The position numbers and the translations under genes are program-made. 51,850 nt of DNA, from NCBI GenBank assembly GCA_964613675.1, contig CAZTIH010000001.1, forward strand, positions 13,556 to 65,405, given 5' to 3'. The notes beneath the pieces are model-generated. The model had not been told where the DNA came from. It worked only from the letters and a program-made list of their open reading frames with translations, and made no database searches. Shown here piece after piece: positions 15,769 through 27,121 of this stretch; within the stretch, counting starts at the first letter, position 1, and every line of letters starts with the position of its first letter. This DNA comes from an uncultured Candidatus Competibacteraceae bacterium. Lineage in GTDB: Bacteria > Pseudomonadota > Gammaproteobacteria > Competibacterales > Competibacteraceae.

Positions 15769-17193
15769 ATGTATGCCATATTGTTTTGGCCATGTCTTTG
15801 GATTGGCTTAATCCCATCGGCCTTAGCCAATCCGTTCAATGCGTTACCTCGCATCGGGGACGATACCCGCATTTATCTGACTGAAAGCATGGAGCAACAG
15901 ATTGCACGACAAATGATTCGTCATTTTTCTGAAAAACAACTAATCGTCGATGACCCGCTTCTAAATCACTATATACAATCCCTCGGTCAACGCCTCGTCG
16001 CTGCCTCAGAACCTGTTGAATTTGAATATCATTTTTTTTGGCTTAACCATAATGAAATCAATGCTTTTGCCGCACCGGCAGCCCATATTAGTCTTCACAC
16101 CGGATTGCTTCTATTCACCGAATCAGAATCTGAATTAGCGGCGGTTATCGCTCACGAAATCGCTCATGTATCACGGCGTCACATCGGTCGTTTATTTGCT
16201 GACAGTCAACGTATGGCCATTCCCACGATGGCCGCCATGATCGCAGGTGCCGCCCTGGCTGCCGCTAGTGGCAGCGATGCCGGAGTAGCCGCAATGGCAG
16301 GTGTAGCAGGCGCAAGTGCTCAACGGCGATTGACCTACAGTCGCGCTTTTGAACAAGAGGCTGACCGTTTGGGACGGCAGATTTTACAACGTGCGGGCTT
16401 TGAAATTGCGGGACTCAGACAGTTTCTCGAACGTTTACAACGGCAATCGCGTTCTGAAAATCGAGTTCCAGAATACTTACTAACGCACCCTCACTTAGAA
16501 AATCGCATCGGGGATACCCAAGATTTCTCTGCACCGCACACAACGCGCATAACACGATCTTCTCTTGAATACGATTTGATGAAGATGCGAGCGCGTGTTT
16601 TAGTAACAAATAATCGACAGGCATTATTGCAGAATCTGCAACAACGCGCTTCATCTCCTGCGAACCGATATGGATTGGCCTTACTACTCATCCAAAATGG
16701 GGATTTTCATCATGCAAAACAACAAGTTAACTTATTAAGACAACAGTCACCCGAACAGTTAATTTATCTATTGTTAGCTGCCGAACTCGCCCAAGCTCAA
16801 GGTGATTTTTCACTGGCACAAGAAATTTACGAACAAGCGCGTCGATTACACGGTAACGACCAACGTCTGTTGGCTTATTACGGGCACATGCTGGTTACAC
16901 AACAACGGGGACGAGAAGCGCTTGACCTCTTAAATGCCCTTCTACAACAGCAACCTGACCGAAATGTGTGGCGGCTAGTTGCTCAAGCGGCGGAAGGCGT
17001 GGGGGATGTGGGACGTCTGAACGAAGCCCTGGCCGAGTTCCACTATCTCTCTGGTGACTTGAAAGCGGCGATTGCCCAACTAGAGAATGGCTTACGCCAT
17101 AAAGACACGCACTTCTTTTACCAAGCCCGATTAAAGACACGACTGCTCGATTTACAGAACCAACAAAAAGATGAGCGTCGTGATCTACGCTAG
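15769..17193 (+). CDS. bepA: periplasmic M48 metalloprotease with TPR domain (BepA/YfgC-like)
   Basis: 474 aa. It has a signal-like N-terminus, an HEIAHV zinc motif, THPHLENRI, and a C-terminal TPR-like helical region. Confidence 0.8.
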   Translation: MYAILFWPCLWIGLIPSALANPFNALPRIGDDTRIYLTESMEQQIARQMIRHFSEKQLIVDDPLLNHYIQSLGQRLVAASEPVEFEYHFFWLNHNEINAFAAPAAHISLHTGLLLFTESESELAAVIAHEIAHVSRRHIGRLFADSQRMAIPTMAAMIAGAALAAASGSDAGVAAMAGVAGASAQRRLTYSRAFEQEADRLGRQILQRAGFEIAGLRQFLERLQRQSRSENRVPEYLLTHPHLENRIGDTQDFSAPHTTRITRSSLEYDLMKMRARVLVTNNRQALLQNLQQRASSPANRYGLALLLIQNGDFHHAKQQVNLLRQQSPEQLIYLLLAAELAQAQGDFSLAQEIYEQARRLHGNDQRLLAYYGHMLVTQQRGREALDLLNALLQQQPDRNVWRLVAQAAEGVGDVGRLNEALAEFHYLSGDLKAAIAQLENGLRHKDTHFFYQARLKTRLLDLQNQQKDERRDLR

Positions 17194-17194
17194 T

Positions 17195-17743
17195 TTACGG
17201 CTTTTTCTTATCGTCGCTTTTATCGCCTTCTTTTTCTTTGGGAGACGATTTATTTCGATGAGAGGGATACAAAGTTTCTGCTAAAGACCGCCAAACAGAT
17301 AGGTTCTGCTCCGCAATCTCAGACATGACCGCTAGAGGATTTTTACCCACAAAATCACGGACTTGCTCTCGCATGAGATGTTGCTGATCGACAAAAGCTT
17401 GTAGGCTTTTTTCGAGGTAGCTGCCCATCACTCCCTGCAAGGTATCACCGTAAAATCGGATGATATGGGCGAGCACTTCTGTCGTGAAAATGGGGGTTCC
17501 CTGTTCTTCTTGCTCACTAATAATCTGCAACAAAATCCCGCGCGTGATCTCTTCGCCGGAGCGAGCGTCAATCACGCGGAAAGTTACCCGCTCCAAAACC
17601 AGTTGCTTTACATCTTCTAAGGTAATGTAACTGCTAATGGCGGTGTCATAGAGCCGTCGATTGGGGTACTTCTTGATAATGCGAGGTTCGCTCACAACAC
17701 CGCCCTCGGTGGCGTTAGCATGATTGTTGCGCGTATCCGCCAC
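17195..17743 (-). CDS. phaR: polyhydroxyalkanoate synthesis repressor PhaR
   Basis: 182 aa. It has the IKKYPNRRLYDT..SSYITLEDV N-terminal signature and sits adjacent to phaB. Confidence 0.85.
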   Translation of the reverse strand: MADTRNNHANATEGGVVSEPRIIKKYPNRRLYDTAISSYITLEDVKQLVLERVTFRVIDARSGEEITRGILLQIISEQEEQGTPIFTTEVLAHIIRFYGDTLQGVMGSYLEKSLQAFVDQQHLMREQVRDFVGKNPLAVMSEIAEQNLSVWRSLAETLYPSHRNKSSPKEKEGDKSDDKKKP

Positions 17744-17757
17744 CCGATTGACCTGTC

Positions 17758-18498
17758 CTAATGAATAAATTGACCGCCGTTAACATCGATATTAGCTCCC
17801 GTAATGAAGCCCCCCTCATCGTCCGTCAGAAAGGCAACCGTTCGCGCAATTTCTGAAGGTTTGCCCAAACGACCGACGGGAATACCCGCAATAATCTTGT
17901 TGCGAACTTCTTCAGCAATCGCCATTACCATATCGGTACCGATATAACCCGGCGAAATCGTGTTGACCGTCACGCCTTTCTTCGCGCCTTCTTGGGCTAA
18001 TGACATCGTCAAACCATGCACCCCTGCTTTGGCTGCCGCGTAATTCGCCTGACCAAATTGCCCTTTGCGCCCGTTGATCGAGGAGATGTTGACGATCCGT
18101 CCGAAACCCGCAGAACACATCTTATCAAACACTTGATGACTCATATTGAACAGGCTGTTCAAGTTGGTGCTGATTACCGCATTCCACTGATCCGGCGTCA
18201 TTTTTTTGAAAACCGAATCGCGAGTAATTCCCGCGTTGTTCACCAGAATGGCGACCGACCCTAAGTCCGCCTCGACCTTCTCGATCAAAGCTTTACAAGA
18301 GTCGTAATTTGAGACATCTACAGGATAGACATGAATCTCAAAGCCGTTTTCTTTCTGATCTGCTTGCCATGCCTTCGCTTTCTCCTCTTCCGCCGGGTAA
18401 TAAGCTGCGACGACTGTACGCCCTTGCTGAATTAACGCTTGGCACATGGCCGCGCCCAAACCGCCATTACCACCGGTCACTATTGCGACTTTCGACAT
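17758..18498 (-). CDS. phaB: acetoacetyl-CoA reductase (SDR)
   Basis: 246 aa. It has TGGNGGLG, NNAGIT and YAAAKAG motifs, is PhaB-like throughout, and is next to phaR. Confidence 0.85.
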   Translation of the reverse strand: MSKVAIVTGGNGGLGAAMCQALIQQGRTVVAAYYPAEEEKAKAWQADQKENGFEIHVYPVDVSNYDSCKALIEKVEADLGSVAILVNNAGITRDSVFKKMTPDQWNAVISTNLNSLFNMSHQVFDKMCSAGFGRIVNISSINGRKGQFGQANYAAAKAGVHGLTMSLAQEGAKKGVTVNTISPGYIGTDMVMAIAEEVRNKIIAGIPVGRLGKPSEIARTVAFLTDDEGGFITGANIDVNGGQFIH

Positions 18499-18663
18499 TT
18501 AGGGTTCTCCTCGAGAGATGGAAACGAAAACAAAATTTCGCGCAATTCAAATAAGTAGATTCTTGAAAAACGGCATTGCGTTCTAAAAAACAGATACTGC
18601 TCACTGAATTTGGGCTTGTCAATCTCAGTGTTATGTTCTTACTTATGGTGGTATTTCCCGCAT

Positions 18664-20883
18664 TTACTCTGCAAATACCCCCTGAATTGCTTTTTTTGCC
18701 GCAAATAATTTACCTTTTCGCCCCCGTCCGCCGACCAGTCGTTGCCATTCTTTTGGCGTCAGTATTACGGTATCGGTTGCCATCTCAATTCTCAGATTTT
18801 GTTCGGGTTGTAGAATGATCAATGCAGCCAATTCATCTGTCGCATCCAAATCAATGATTTTATTACCTTTTCCCTTAGTTAAATTAGGAAGCTCACTTAA
18901 CGGAAATTGCAGCAGATACCCTCTTTGAGTGGCCGCTAATACCGTTAATGACATCCTTAATGACTCAGCGAATAGAATAGGCCGTAAAGGGCACGCATCG
19001 TTTGGCAAAGTCAATATGCTTTTGCCGGCTCGGTAACGACTGATTAACTCGTTGAATTGACAGGTAAATCCGTAACCTCCACTCGACGCAATCAACACGG
19101 ATTCGTTACCTTCCCCCAACAGAACGCCCAAAAATTGTGCCCCTATTGGCGGGTTAAAGCGCCGTGTTAAAGGTTCACCATCTCCTCGAATAGACGGCAA
19201 AGTACTCGTCGGCGTCGCGTAAAAACGGCCCGTTGAATCGAAAAATACCGCAATCTGATGACTACGGCCCTGGACGCTGCTTAGAAAACCATCGCCTACT
19301 CGGTAACTTAAGGTAGCGGGATCTAATTCTTTCTTGGCAACCCGTACCCACCCCATGCGCGACAATACGACGGTAATGGGATCGCTAGAGATCGTTTCTT
19401 TTTCTTCAAAAGGTTGCGCGACGGGTTTTTCAACTAACACCGATCTGCGCTCGTCGCCATATTTTTCACTATCGGCGAGTAATTCGCGTTTTAAGCGATT
19501 TTTAAATCGTTTTTCAGATGCTAATAATTGCGCTAATTCAGTCTGTTCTTTGATGAGTTTTTGTTGTTCTGTTTGTAGCTTTAACTCTTCTAACTTCGCC
19601 AGTTGACGTAATTTGGTTTCTAAAATGTATTCGGCCTGTATGTCACTCAGTGATAACTCGTTGATTAAAATTGCTTTCGGATCATCGCTTTCCCGAATGA
19701 TTTCAATGACGCGATCGAGATTAAGTAGCGCAATTAATAATCCCGCGAGTAAGTGCAACCGCGCTTCTACTTGCGATAATCTGAACTGTAACCGTCGTCT
19801 CAATGTGTCACTGCGGAACTGTAGCCATTCGCTTAACAGGGACTTCAGATTCTTAACCTGGGGACGTTGGTCTAATCCAATAATATTTAGATTAACGCGA
19901 AAGCTCTTTTCAAGATCGGTCGTCGCAAACAGGTGATTCATCAGCTTGTCCCCATCGAACCGCGCAGACCGAAGTTGAATGACCAGGCGAATCGGACTTT
20001 CGTGATCTGATTCATCCCGTAAGTCTTCGATCATCGGCAATTTTTTATTCTGCATCTGTTCAGCGATTTTTTTCAGAATTTCTGCCCCCGATACCTGATA
20101 GGGTAATTGCGTAATGATCAGACAATCCTCCTGTCTTTCGTAACTCGCCCTCACCCGCACACTTCCATTTCCCGTCGTGTATATCCGCCCTAAATCCGCT
20201 TTACTGCTCACAATTTCTGCTCCTCCCGGATAATCTGGAGCCGGCAATAATGTCTGCAAATCTTCTGAAGTCGCATCAGGGTGGTCGATTAGATAGGCGG
20301 TTGCAGCGACCACTTCTTTCAAATTGTGAGGGGGAATATCCGTCGCCATGCCAACTGCAATGCCCATCGTTCCATTCAACAAAATTTGCGGTAAACGCGC
20401 CGGTAGCAAGGTCGGTTCTCGCAAAGTCCCATCGAAATTCGGTTGAAAATCCACCGTTCCCTGTCCTAATTCGCTTAATAGAAGTTCTGCATAACGCGTC
20501 AAACGGGCTTCTGTATAGCGCATTGCAGCAAAAGATTTAGGATCATCAGACGATCCCCAATTCCCTTGGCCATCCACTAAGGGATACCGATACGAGAAGG
20601 GTTGCGCCATCAACACCATCGCTTCGTAACACGCCGAATCGCCATGAGGATGGTACTTGCCCAAAACATCGCCCACCGTCCGCGCCGCTTTCTTAAACTT
20701 CGCCGTCGCATTGAGATTCAGTTCGCTCATGGCGTAGATGATGCGACGCTGCACGGGCTTCAGACCATCGGCAAGATGAGGCAACGCACGATCCAGAATG
20801 ACATACATGGCGTAGTCTAAATACGCCTTCTCCGCAAACTGGCTAAGCGACTGTTGTTCTGAAAAATCAAGGGGTTCTGACAT
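18664..20883 (-). CDS. parC: DNA topoisomerase IV subunit A
   Basis: It has [25 protein letters not shown] and AAMRYTE (catalytic Tyr) motifs. It is called ParC rather than GyrA on length and lack of a GyrA box, as judged by eye. The start is moved to ATG 20883 (MSEPLDF...). Confidence 0.85.
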   Translation of the reverse strand: MSEPLDFSEQQSLSQFAEKAYLDYAMYVILDRALPHLADGLKPVQRRIIYAMSELNLNATAKFKKAARTVGDVLGKYHPHGDSACYEAMVLMAQPFSYRYPLVDGQGNWGSSDDPKSFAAMRYTEARLTRYAELLLSELGQGTVDFQPNFDGTLREPTLLPARLPQILLNGTMGIAVGMATDIPPHNLKEVVAATAYLIDHPDATSEDLQTLLPAPDYPGGAEIVSSKADLGRIYTTGNGSVRVRASYERQEDCLIITQLPYQVSGAEILKKIAEQMQNKKLPMIEDLRDESDHESPIRLVIQLRSARFDGDKLMNHLFATTDLEKSFRVNLNIIGLDQRPQVKNLKSLLSEWLQFRSDTLRRRLQFRLSQVEARLHLLAGLLIALLNLDRVIEIIRESDDPKAILINELSLSDIQAEYILETKLRQLAKLEELKLQTEQQKLIKEQTELAQLLASEKRFKNRLKRELLADSEKYGDERRSVLVEKPVAQPFEEKETISSDPITVVLSRMGWVRVAKKELDPATLSYRVGDGFLSSVQGRSHQIAVFFDSTGRFYATPTSTLPSIRGDGEPLTRRFNPPIGAQFLGVLLGEGNESVLIASSGGYGFTCQFNELISRYRAGKSILTLPNDACPLRPILFAESLRMSLTVLAATQRGYLLQFPLSELPNLTKGKGNKIIDLDATDELAALIILQPEQNLRIEMATDTVILTPKEWQRLVGGRGRKGKLFAAKKAIQGVFAE

Positions 20884-20993
20884 AAAAATAGGCGTGCTTT
20901 TGTCAATAAAATTAGGGAGAATTATCCACGGTTCAGGCAATTTAGTTTTGCCCGTTACCCGACTAAAACTACATTAATTTCAAGGAGTGTGCT

Positions 20994-23183
20994 GTGCTCT
21001 CTCTTGTTCCCCTGGTTTTTCTATTTGTTTCTGCAACGGTTTACGGCCTTGATATAGAAGCCCGCCGCGTAGATTTTCAAATGCTTCAAGCCCAACCCAT
21101 AGGCGCAAACATTCAATTAAGACACCTCTCTCTTGATCCCCGTTTTCCCGTCGTCGATCTAGAACTTGAACGATTTTCTGTCTTTGCTGAGGACGCCAAA
21201 ATCACTGTTCACGGCGACCAGGGATCGACTGAAGTCCGTTCTCCTCCCAACATCGCAACCTATCGCGGAAAAATTCGGGGGAACGATGCTTCACATGCTT
21301 TCATCATCACGGACGAAAAAGGCGATTGGCGCGGGATCATTGGGCGTGCCGACGGGGTTTATGTGTTGGAGAAGTCAGCTACCCGTCCCAATGCACAGCC
21401 CTTAGCACGTCGAACCCAATCCCGAGATTTTGAAGGCCGTAACTTCCAATGCGGGTTGGATGAACTCAACGCTTTACAGGGAGTTGATGCTCCTCACGAT
21501 CATGACCACGCCCCTGACTTTAAGATGGGATTTGCAGATCTTTATAAATCTATTCCCGAGTTGGGCGCGGTTACAGGGAATGGGGTCACTTATAAGGTGC
21601 GCGTTGCCATCGAGACCGATCATGAGTTTTTTCAGCTCTTCAATAACACCACCGCAGCGACAAATTACATTGCAAGTCTGATGGGCTATCTCTCGACGAT
21701 CTATCAGAACCAGGTAAATACCGTTCTTGAAGTTGGCGATGTGTCTTTGTGGCAGACAGCGAATGATCCGTGGAATCAAACGGGTTCTACAAACTGTGCA
21801 CTGTATGAATTTGGTCTGTATTGGAACACTAATCGTCAGAATGTGAATCGCACTCTCGTACATTTTCTAAGCGGTAAAGCGCTCGGGGGCGGAGTCGCTT
21901 GGTTAGAAGGGCTATGCGCAAGGCCTCAAATCTTCAACATTTCAAATTGCCCTGGTTTGCCCGCTCAAGGTCTGTTTTATGGCGATTACGGCTTAAGTGC
22001 AGATATAACTGGCGCCTTTAGTCCGAATAATCCGCAAGTCATTTGGGATACTTCGGTCGTAGCCCATGAAATTGGTCACAATTTTAACTCGCCCCATACG
22101 CATTGTTACGCGGGCATAGGGGGCAATTCGCTTCCCGTCGACGGTTGCTATAACCGTGAATCGGATTGCTATTCGGGTTCTGAAAGTTTTCCCGGACCAG
22201 GGAGCTTAACGGGGGGAAGTCCTGGAGGTGGGACAGGCTCGATTATGAGTTACTGCCACTTGCTCGAGGGAGGAAATAGCAATATCACGCTGTCTTTTGG
22301 ACACAACTTCAACTTTGGCGTAGCTCCCGAACGGGTTCCGCAACGAATGCGCGCTTTTGTCGAGCAAACGGCGGCCCAGTATCCTAGCTGCATTGTACCC
22401 GCCACCACGACACCGCCCCCTCCCCCACCTGCCCAAACCGGGGTAGCGTTAGTTGAGATTTATCAAGTCGGTAGCTCGGGAAAAATTTCGGCTATTTCGA
22501 CAAGAGGGATTGTGCAGACGGGTAACGATGTGTTGATTGGCGGGTTTATTCTCGAACAAACAACCACCGTTGCCGTGCGTGCAAAAGGGCCAAGCATGAC
22601 GGCGGTGACGGGGCGTTTGGCTGATCCGACTTTAGAGCTGGTTTATATGGCTTCTGATCAACGGGTTTTTAATGACGATTGGAACAGCGATTCCCAAGCT
22701 AACGCCCTATCTGCAGCAAACCTTGCGCCCACAAGTAATCCGGAGGCAGCGCTATTCAGAACCTTAGCGCCGGGGGGGTACACGGGCATCGTGCGGGGAT
22801 TTCAAAACGCTACCGGGATTGGTCTAGTAGAAGTTTACGAATCTGGAAATAGCGGTAAAATTTCTGCGATCTCTACGCGCGCCTTAGTTGAAACAGGCGA
22901 CCGTGTCATGATTGGCGGCTTTGTGCTTGCGGAAACGACGACGGTTGCCATCCGTGCGGCAGGCCCCTCGTTACCCGATAGTATTGCGAACCGTTTAGCC
23001 GATCCCCAGCTCGAATTAGTGTATGCCGCCACCAGTCAACGGGAAACCAATGATAATTGGCGTACTGATTCTCGTGCAGCGGAACTTGCCAACGCAAATC
23101 AGGCGCCGAGCAACGATCTCGAAGCCGCACTGCTACGCACTTTACCGCCCGGGGCTTATACCGTGATCGTAAGCGGTAAATAA
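20994..23183 (+). CDS. secreted zinc metalloprotease (reprolysin/metzincin-like) with duplicated C-terminal domain
   Basis: 729 aa. It has a signal peptide (MLSLVPLVFLFVSATVYG), an HEIGHNFNSPH zinc motif, a TTTPPPPPPAQT linker, then two ~123-aa homologous domains. Confidence 0.7.
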   Translation: MLSLVPLVFLFVSATVYGLDIEARRVDFQMLQAQPIGANIQLRHLSLDPRFPVVDLELERFSVFAEDAKITVHGDQGSTEVRSPPNIATYRGKIRGNDASHAFIITDEKGDWRGIIGRADGVYVLEKSATRPNAQPLARRTQSRDFEGRNFQCGLDELNALQGVDAPHDHDHAPDFKMGFADLYKSIPELGAVTGNGVTYKVRVAIETDHEFFQLFNNTTAATNYIASLMGYLSTIYQNQVNTVLEVGDVSLWQTANDPWNQTGSTNCALYEFGLYWNTNRQNVNRTLVHFLSGKALGGGVAWLEGLCARPQIFNISNCPGLPAQGLFYGDYGLSADITGAFSPNNPQVIWDTSVVAHEIGHNFNSPHTHCYAGIGGNSLPVDGCYNRESDCYSGSESFPGPGSLTGGSPGGGTGSIMSYCHLLEGGNSNITLSFGHNFNFGVAPERVPQRMRAFVEQTAAQYPSCIVPATTTPPPPPPAQTGVALVEIYQVGSSGKISAISTRGIVQTGNDVLIGGFILEQTTTVAVRAKGPSMTAVTGRLADPTLELVYMASDQRVFNDDWNSDSQANALSAANLAPTSNPEAALFRTLAPGGYTGIVRGFQNATGIGLVEVYESGNSGKISAISTRALVETGDRVMIGGFVLAETTTVAIRAAGPSLPDSIANRLADPQLELVYAATSQRETNDNWRTDSRAAELANANQAPSNDLEAALLRTLPPGAYTVIVSGK
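22440..23180 (+). repeat. intragenic tandem duplication: two ~123-aa domains (22440..22814 and 22815..23180)
   Basis: The two copies align by eye: G.(A/G)LVE(I/V)Y..G.SGKISAISTR..V.TG..V.IGGF.L..TTTVA.RA.GPS......RLADP.LELVY......ND.W..DS.A..L...N.AP....EAAL.RTL.PG.YT.IV.G. Confidence 0.85.
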
Positions 23184-23222
23184 CCCGAAAATCATTGCGG
23201 TCGTAATGTCTGAAGCAACGAT

Positions 23223-23249
23223 AAAGCCCGTTAACTGGGCTTTTTCTTT
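23223..23249 (+). terminator. rho-independent terminator after the protease gene
   Basis: AAAGCCC-gttaact-GGGCTTT stem-loop running into a TTTTTCTTT tract. Confidence 0.6.
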
Positions 23250-23283
23250 ATGCTGACGGTTCCCTTTAAGCGGAGCACGACCC

Positions 23284-24732
23284 ATGAGTAACCGACTGAT
23301 TATTTTAAGCATTATCGGTGCAGTCATCGGCATCCCTCTATTACTACAGGGGCTTTTGTGGTGGCGCGTGAGCAGTGGGGTTGAAAACGCGTTCAATCAA
23401 CTGCGCCAAATGACAGGTAATTTCATCATCATTAGCCACAGTGGCACTTATGCTTGGATTTGGGGAACGGCAGGCATCAATCGACTCATTATCGTACCGG
23501 CCATTCCAGGGTTTTTTCCTAATCTGCAAATCGAGCAATTAGAAGTTAATTTTGATAACCCACTGAATTTGCTGTCGCTTGCGCGTATTGGCCCCGATCA
23601 ACCGCCCCCTCGACAATTAGATATGCGTTGGCGAAATTTGCGGCTCGATAGTACAGAACTTCTGAATTTGGGTTCTGATGTGAGCAGCTTGTTTTTGGAT
23701 TTCGCGCCAGGGTGCGCGGGACATCAGTCTGTAAGTGGCAGTGATCTAATCAATATGGGGTTTGATGCGTTGCAATACGACGGTCGCGTGCGATTCAATC
23801 TGAACTATCGTCGCGGTCTGTTAGAGCTAGCCGTCAATCAAACCTTGCGCAATGCACAACAAATCGACCTGAAAACTGTTCTCTCTACAGACGATTTAGG
23901 CGGCCCCGTTGAAGTGATGGCGAGTAAGGATTGGCGACTTGCCGAATTAAGTTTGAGAATTGACGATGTGGGCTATGGCGAACGTAAGCAGACTTTCTGC
24001 CTCGAACGTGAGGATATGACTGAGGACGCATTTCTCGCAGATCAGCGACAACGTTCAGAACTTGGTTTGCGCAGAGCGGGCCTCAGTCTCAGCACGAATT
24101 TAAAGACTGCGCTTTTAGCTGAAATTCCTGGATTTAATTTACAAATCAATGCGTTACCGACGGCTCCGATTCCACTAAGCAATTTATTGATTAACAGTCG
24201 TAGTGGGTTAGCGAATACGCTCAATGCAGAAGTTTTTGTAAATGAGGAACGTATTCAGAATGCTAACTTCGGCTTTGATCCGATATTAGCGATGCAGGCT
24301 TCCCAACAACTTGAAGCCCAACGGATTGCTGCTGCACAAGCCGCCCGAGAAGCGGCCCGCCGTCCTATGGAAAGGCTTGAACCCGAAGAAACGCCTTCAG
24401 AAGTGGCCGATGAGACTACTCCATCTTCAAGTTCCCCGACTTTTAGACGAGGGCCATCCATAGAAGATATGCAGTTAAGTGCCGAAGAACGTCGTCAACA
24501 AGCAGTTTTGGCGGCGGGATTTCAGGTAGTACCGACTTCTGAACTACATCGATATGCAGGTCGCCAGATTCGTTTGCGATTGGTGAACAATAATCGTTAT
24601 GACGGAGTAATTGAGGAAGTACAGGGCAATACGCTACGTCTTCAGATACGTAGTGGCGGTCAGGCGAACATTCCGATTCCCTTAGCACGGATTAGTGAAG
24701 CGTTAGTCAATCTGCGTGTTGATGCGCAATAA
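23284..24732 (+). CDS. hypothetical membrane-anchored protein
   Basis: 482-aa ORF. It has one N-terminal TM helix (LIILSIIGAVIGIPLLLQGLLWW), an Ala/Gln/Arg-rich and acidic linker, and a C-terminal segment RLRLVNNNRYDGVIEEVQGNTLRLQIR that looks like a small beta-barrel. No family recognised. Confidence 0.5.
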   Translation: MSNRLIILSIIGAVIGIPLLLQGLLWWRVSSGVENAFNQLRQMTGNFIIISHSGTYAWIWGTAGINRLIIVPAIPGFFPNLQIEQLEVNFDNPLNLLSLARIGPDQPPPRQLDMRWRNLRLDSTELLNLGSDVSSLFLDFAPGCAGHQSVSGSDLINMGFDALQYDGRVRFNLNYRRGLLELAVNQTLRNAQQIDLKTVLSTDDLGGPVEVMASKDWRLAELSLRIDDVGYGERKQTFCLEREDMTEDAFLADQRQRSELGLRRAGLSLSTNLKTALLAEIPGFNLQINALPTAPIPLSNLLINSRSGLANTLNAEVFVNEERIQNANFGFDPILAMQASQQLEAQRIAAAQAAREAARRPMERLEPEETPSEVADETTPSSSSPTFRRGPSIEDMQLSAEERRQQAVLAAGFQVVPTSELHRYAGRQIRLRLVNNNRYDGVIEEVQGNTLRLQIRSGGQANIPIPLARISEALVNLRVDAQ

Positions 24733-24789
24733 CTCGATTTTGATCTTTCAGAAGTTTTTCCTTTTCTCTCACCACTCAAAGTCATCGCT

Positions 24790-27072
24790 ATGTCAAATGA
24801 AGAACTAAAACAAAGCGCGTTGGAATATCACCGCGCCTATCCACCAGGCAAACTCGCTATTCAAGCGACCAAGCCGCTTGCCACACAACGGGATTTAGCG
24901 CTTGCCTATTCGCCGGGGGTCGCGGCTGCCTGTGAGGCCATTGTTGAAGATCCAAGTCAAGTTTCAGAATTAACTAGTCGCGGCAACTTAGTGGCTGTCA
25001 TCACCAATGGAACTGCCGTCCTTGGGTTAGGCAATATCGGTCCGCTGGCTTCTAAACCGGTCATGGAGGGAAAAGCTGTTCTATTCAAGCAGTTTGCGGG
25101 AATAGATGTGTTCGATTTAGAGGTGAATGAACCCGACCCCGAGAAATTTGTAGAAACCGTTGCCCGTCTGGAACCGAGTTTTGGGGCGATTAATTTGGAA
25201 GATATTCGGGCCCCTGAATGTTTCTACATCGAGGAACAGCTTCGTAGTCGAATGGGAATTCCCGTGTTTCACGATGACCAACATGGCACGGCGATTATCG
25301 TGGGGGCCGCCATTCGGAATGGCTTAAAGATTTTAGGAAAAGATCTGAAGTCAGTGAAACTTGTGACGGCAGGGGCGGGCGCCGCGGCGTTGGCATGCCT
25401 AAATCTGCTCGTTCGAATGGGATTACCTCGGGAAAATATCTTTGTGACGGACTTGGCGGGAGTGGTGTATGAAGGGCGTAATGAGTTGATGGACGAGTGG
25501 AAGGCGCCCTTTGCTCAAACGACGTCGGCCCGAACACTCGCTGAAGTTATTGAAGGCGCTGATATTTTTCTGGGCCTCTCAGCCCCTCGGGTTTTGAATC
25601 CCGATTGGTTGCCCAAAATGGCCGATAAGCCTTTGATTTTGGCGTTGGCAAACCCCACCCCTGAAATTCTTCCCGAACAGGTAAAAGCGATTCGTCCAGA
25701 TGCGATTATTGCGACTGGACGTTCTGATTATCCGAATCAGGTCAACAATGTCTTGTGTTTTCCGTTCATCTTTCGCGGGGCACTAGATGTAGGCGCGACG
25801 ACGATCAATCACGAAATGGAGTTAGCTTGTGTAGATGCGGTGGCGCAGCTCGCCCAAGCGGAGGTAAGTGATGAAGCGACCCGCGCTTATGGCGGAAAGA
25901 CGCTGCGATTTGGTCCAGAATATCTGATACCGCGCCCATTTGATCCCCGACTGATTCTACATATTGCGCCCGCAGTAGCACAGGCAGCGATGGATAGTGG
26001 CGTTGCGACACGTCCTATAGCCAATTTGCAGAGTTATCGAGAAAAACTTTCTCACTTTGTTTATCGGTCGGGTTTAGCGATGAAACCGCTATTCACGCGT
26101 GCGCGTGCCCAACTTAAGCGGTTGATTTATGCGGAAGGCGAAAGCAAACGTGTCTTGCAGGCGGTGCAACAGGTCGTCGACGAAGGGTTAGCGAGACCTA
26201 TTCTGGTAGGACGTCCGTCTGTTATTGAGAAACGGATAGAAGAGCTGGGACTACGTCTCGATCCCAATCGCGATATTGATCTGATCAATATTCTGAAAGA
26301 CCATCGCTATAACGACTATTGTCAAACCTATCATGCGCTTACTGGCAGACGAGGCATTAGTCCAGAAGCCTCACAGAACGCGTTGCGGACCGATGGAACG
26401 GTGGTGAGTGCAGTCGCATTGGTGCGGGGAGAAGCAGATGCGATGTTATGTGGCACGGTGGGGCGATTTGCCCATCATTTGCGAATTATCAGAACAACGA
26501 TAGGCCTACGTAGAGGGGTTAGAGAGCTCTCGACAGTGAGCGCACTTATCTTGCCGTCTGGCCCTCTGTTCATCGCAGACACGCATGTTAATCAGCATCC
26601 TAGTGCGGAAGATATTGCGGAAATGGTTCTGATGGCAGCGGAAGAAGTCCGCGCTTTTGGGATTGTTCCTAAAGTGGCATTGCTATCCCGCTCTAACTTC
26701 GGCACGCACGATGATTTGCCTTCAGCGTTCCTAATGCGCACAGCTTTGGGCCTGATTCACGGCCGTGACCCTGATTTAGAAGTTGATGGTGAGATGCACG
26801 CAGATGCAGCGTTGTCATCGGAAATTCGGGCGCGTGCTTATCCCGAATCGCGTTTACAGGGGATGGCGAATCTTCTGGTGATGCCGAATCTCGAAGCGGG
26901 CAACATCGCGTTTAATCTCTTAAAGCAGTTGGGCGGAGGGTACTACATTGGCCCGATTCTGCTGGGAGCACGTCAACCCGCCCACGTAGTGAGCCAATCC
27001 ATCACGGTTCGGGGTTTAGTGAACATGAGTGCGCTCGCTGTTGCTCAGCTAAATGTGAATATCAACGACTAG
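24790..27072 (+). CDS. maeB: NADP-dependent malic enzyme (malic enzyme + phosphotransacetylase-like domain)
   Basis: 760 aa. The N-terminal malic-enzyme domain ([25 protein letters not shown]) is followed by a PTA-like C-terminal half. Confidence 0.9.
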   Translation: MSNEELKQSALEYHRAYPPGKLAIQATKPLATQRDLALAYSPGVAAACEAIVEDPSQVSELTSRGNLVAVITNGTAVLGLGNIGPLASKPVMEGKAVLFKQFAGIDVFDLEVNEPDPEKFVETVARLEPSFGAINLEDIRAPECFYIEEQLRSRMGIPVFHDDQHGTAIIVGAAIRNGLKILGKDLKSVKLVTAGAGAAALACLNLLVRMGLPRENIFVTDLAGVVYEGRNELMDEWKAPFAQTTSARTLAEVIEGADIFLGLSAPRVLNPDWLPKMADKPLILALANPTPEILPEQVKAIRPDAIIATGRSDYPNQVNNVLCFPFIFRGALDVGATTINHEMELACVDAVAQLAQAEVSDEATRAYGGKTLRFGPEYLIPRPFDPRLILHIAPAVAQAAMDSGVATRPIANLQSYREKLSHFVYRSGLAMKPLFTRARAQLKRLIYAEGESKRVLQAVQQVVDEGLARPILVGRPSVIEKRIEELGLRLDPNRDIDLINILKDHRYNDYCQTYHALTGRRGISPEASQNALRTDGTVVSAVALVRGEADAMLCGTVGRFAHHLRIIRTTIGLRRGVRELSTVSALILPSGPLFIADTHVNQHPSAEDIAEMVLMAAEEVRAFGIVPKVALLSRSNFGTHDDLPSAFLMRTALGLIHGRDPDLEVDGEMHADAALSSEIRARAYPESRLQGMANLLVMPNLEAGNIAFNLLKQLGGGYYIGPILLGARQPAHVVSQSITVRGLVNMSALAVAQLNVNIND

Positions 27073-27094
27073 TTTTTAACAAAAAATAGACTGA

Positions 27095-27121
27095 AAGCCG
27101 ATACTAAATCGGCTTTTTTTG
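27095..27121 (+). terminator. rho-independent terminator of maeB
   Basis: AAGCCGAT-actaa-ATCGGCTT 8-bp stem followed by a T7 run. Confidence 0.7.
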
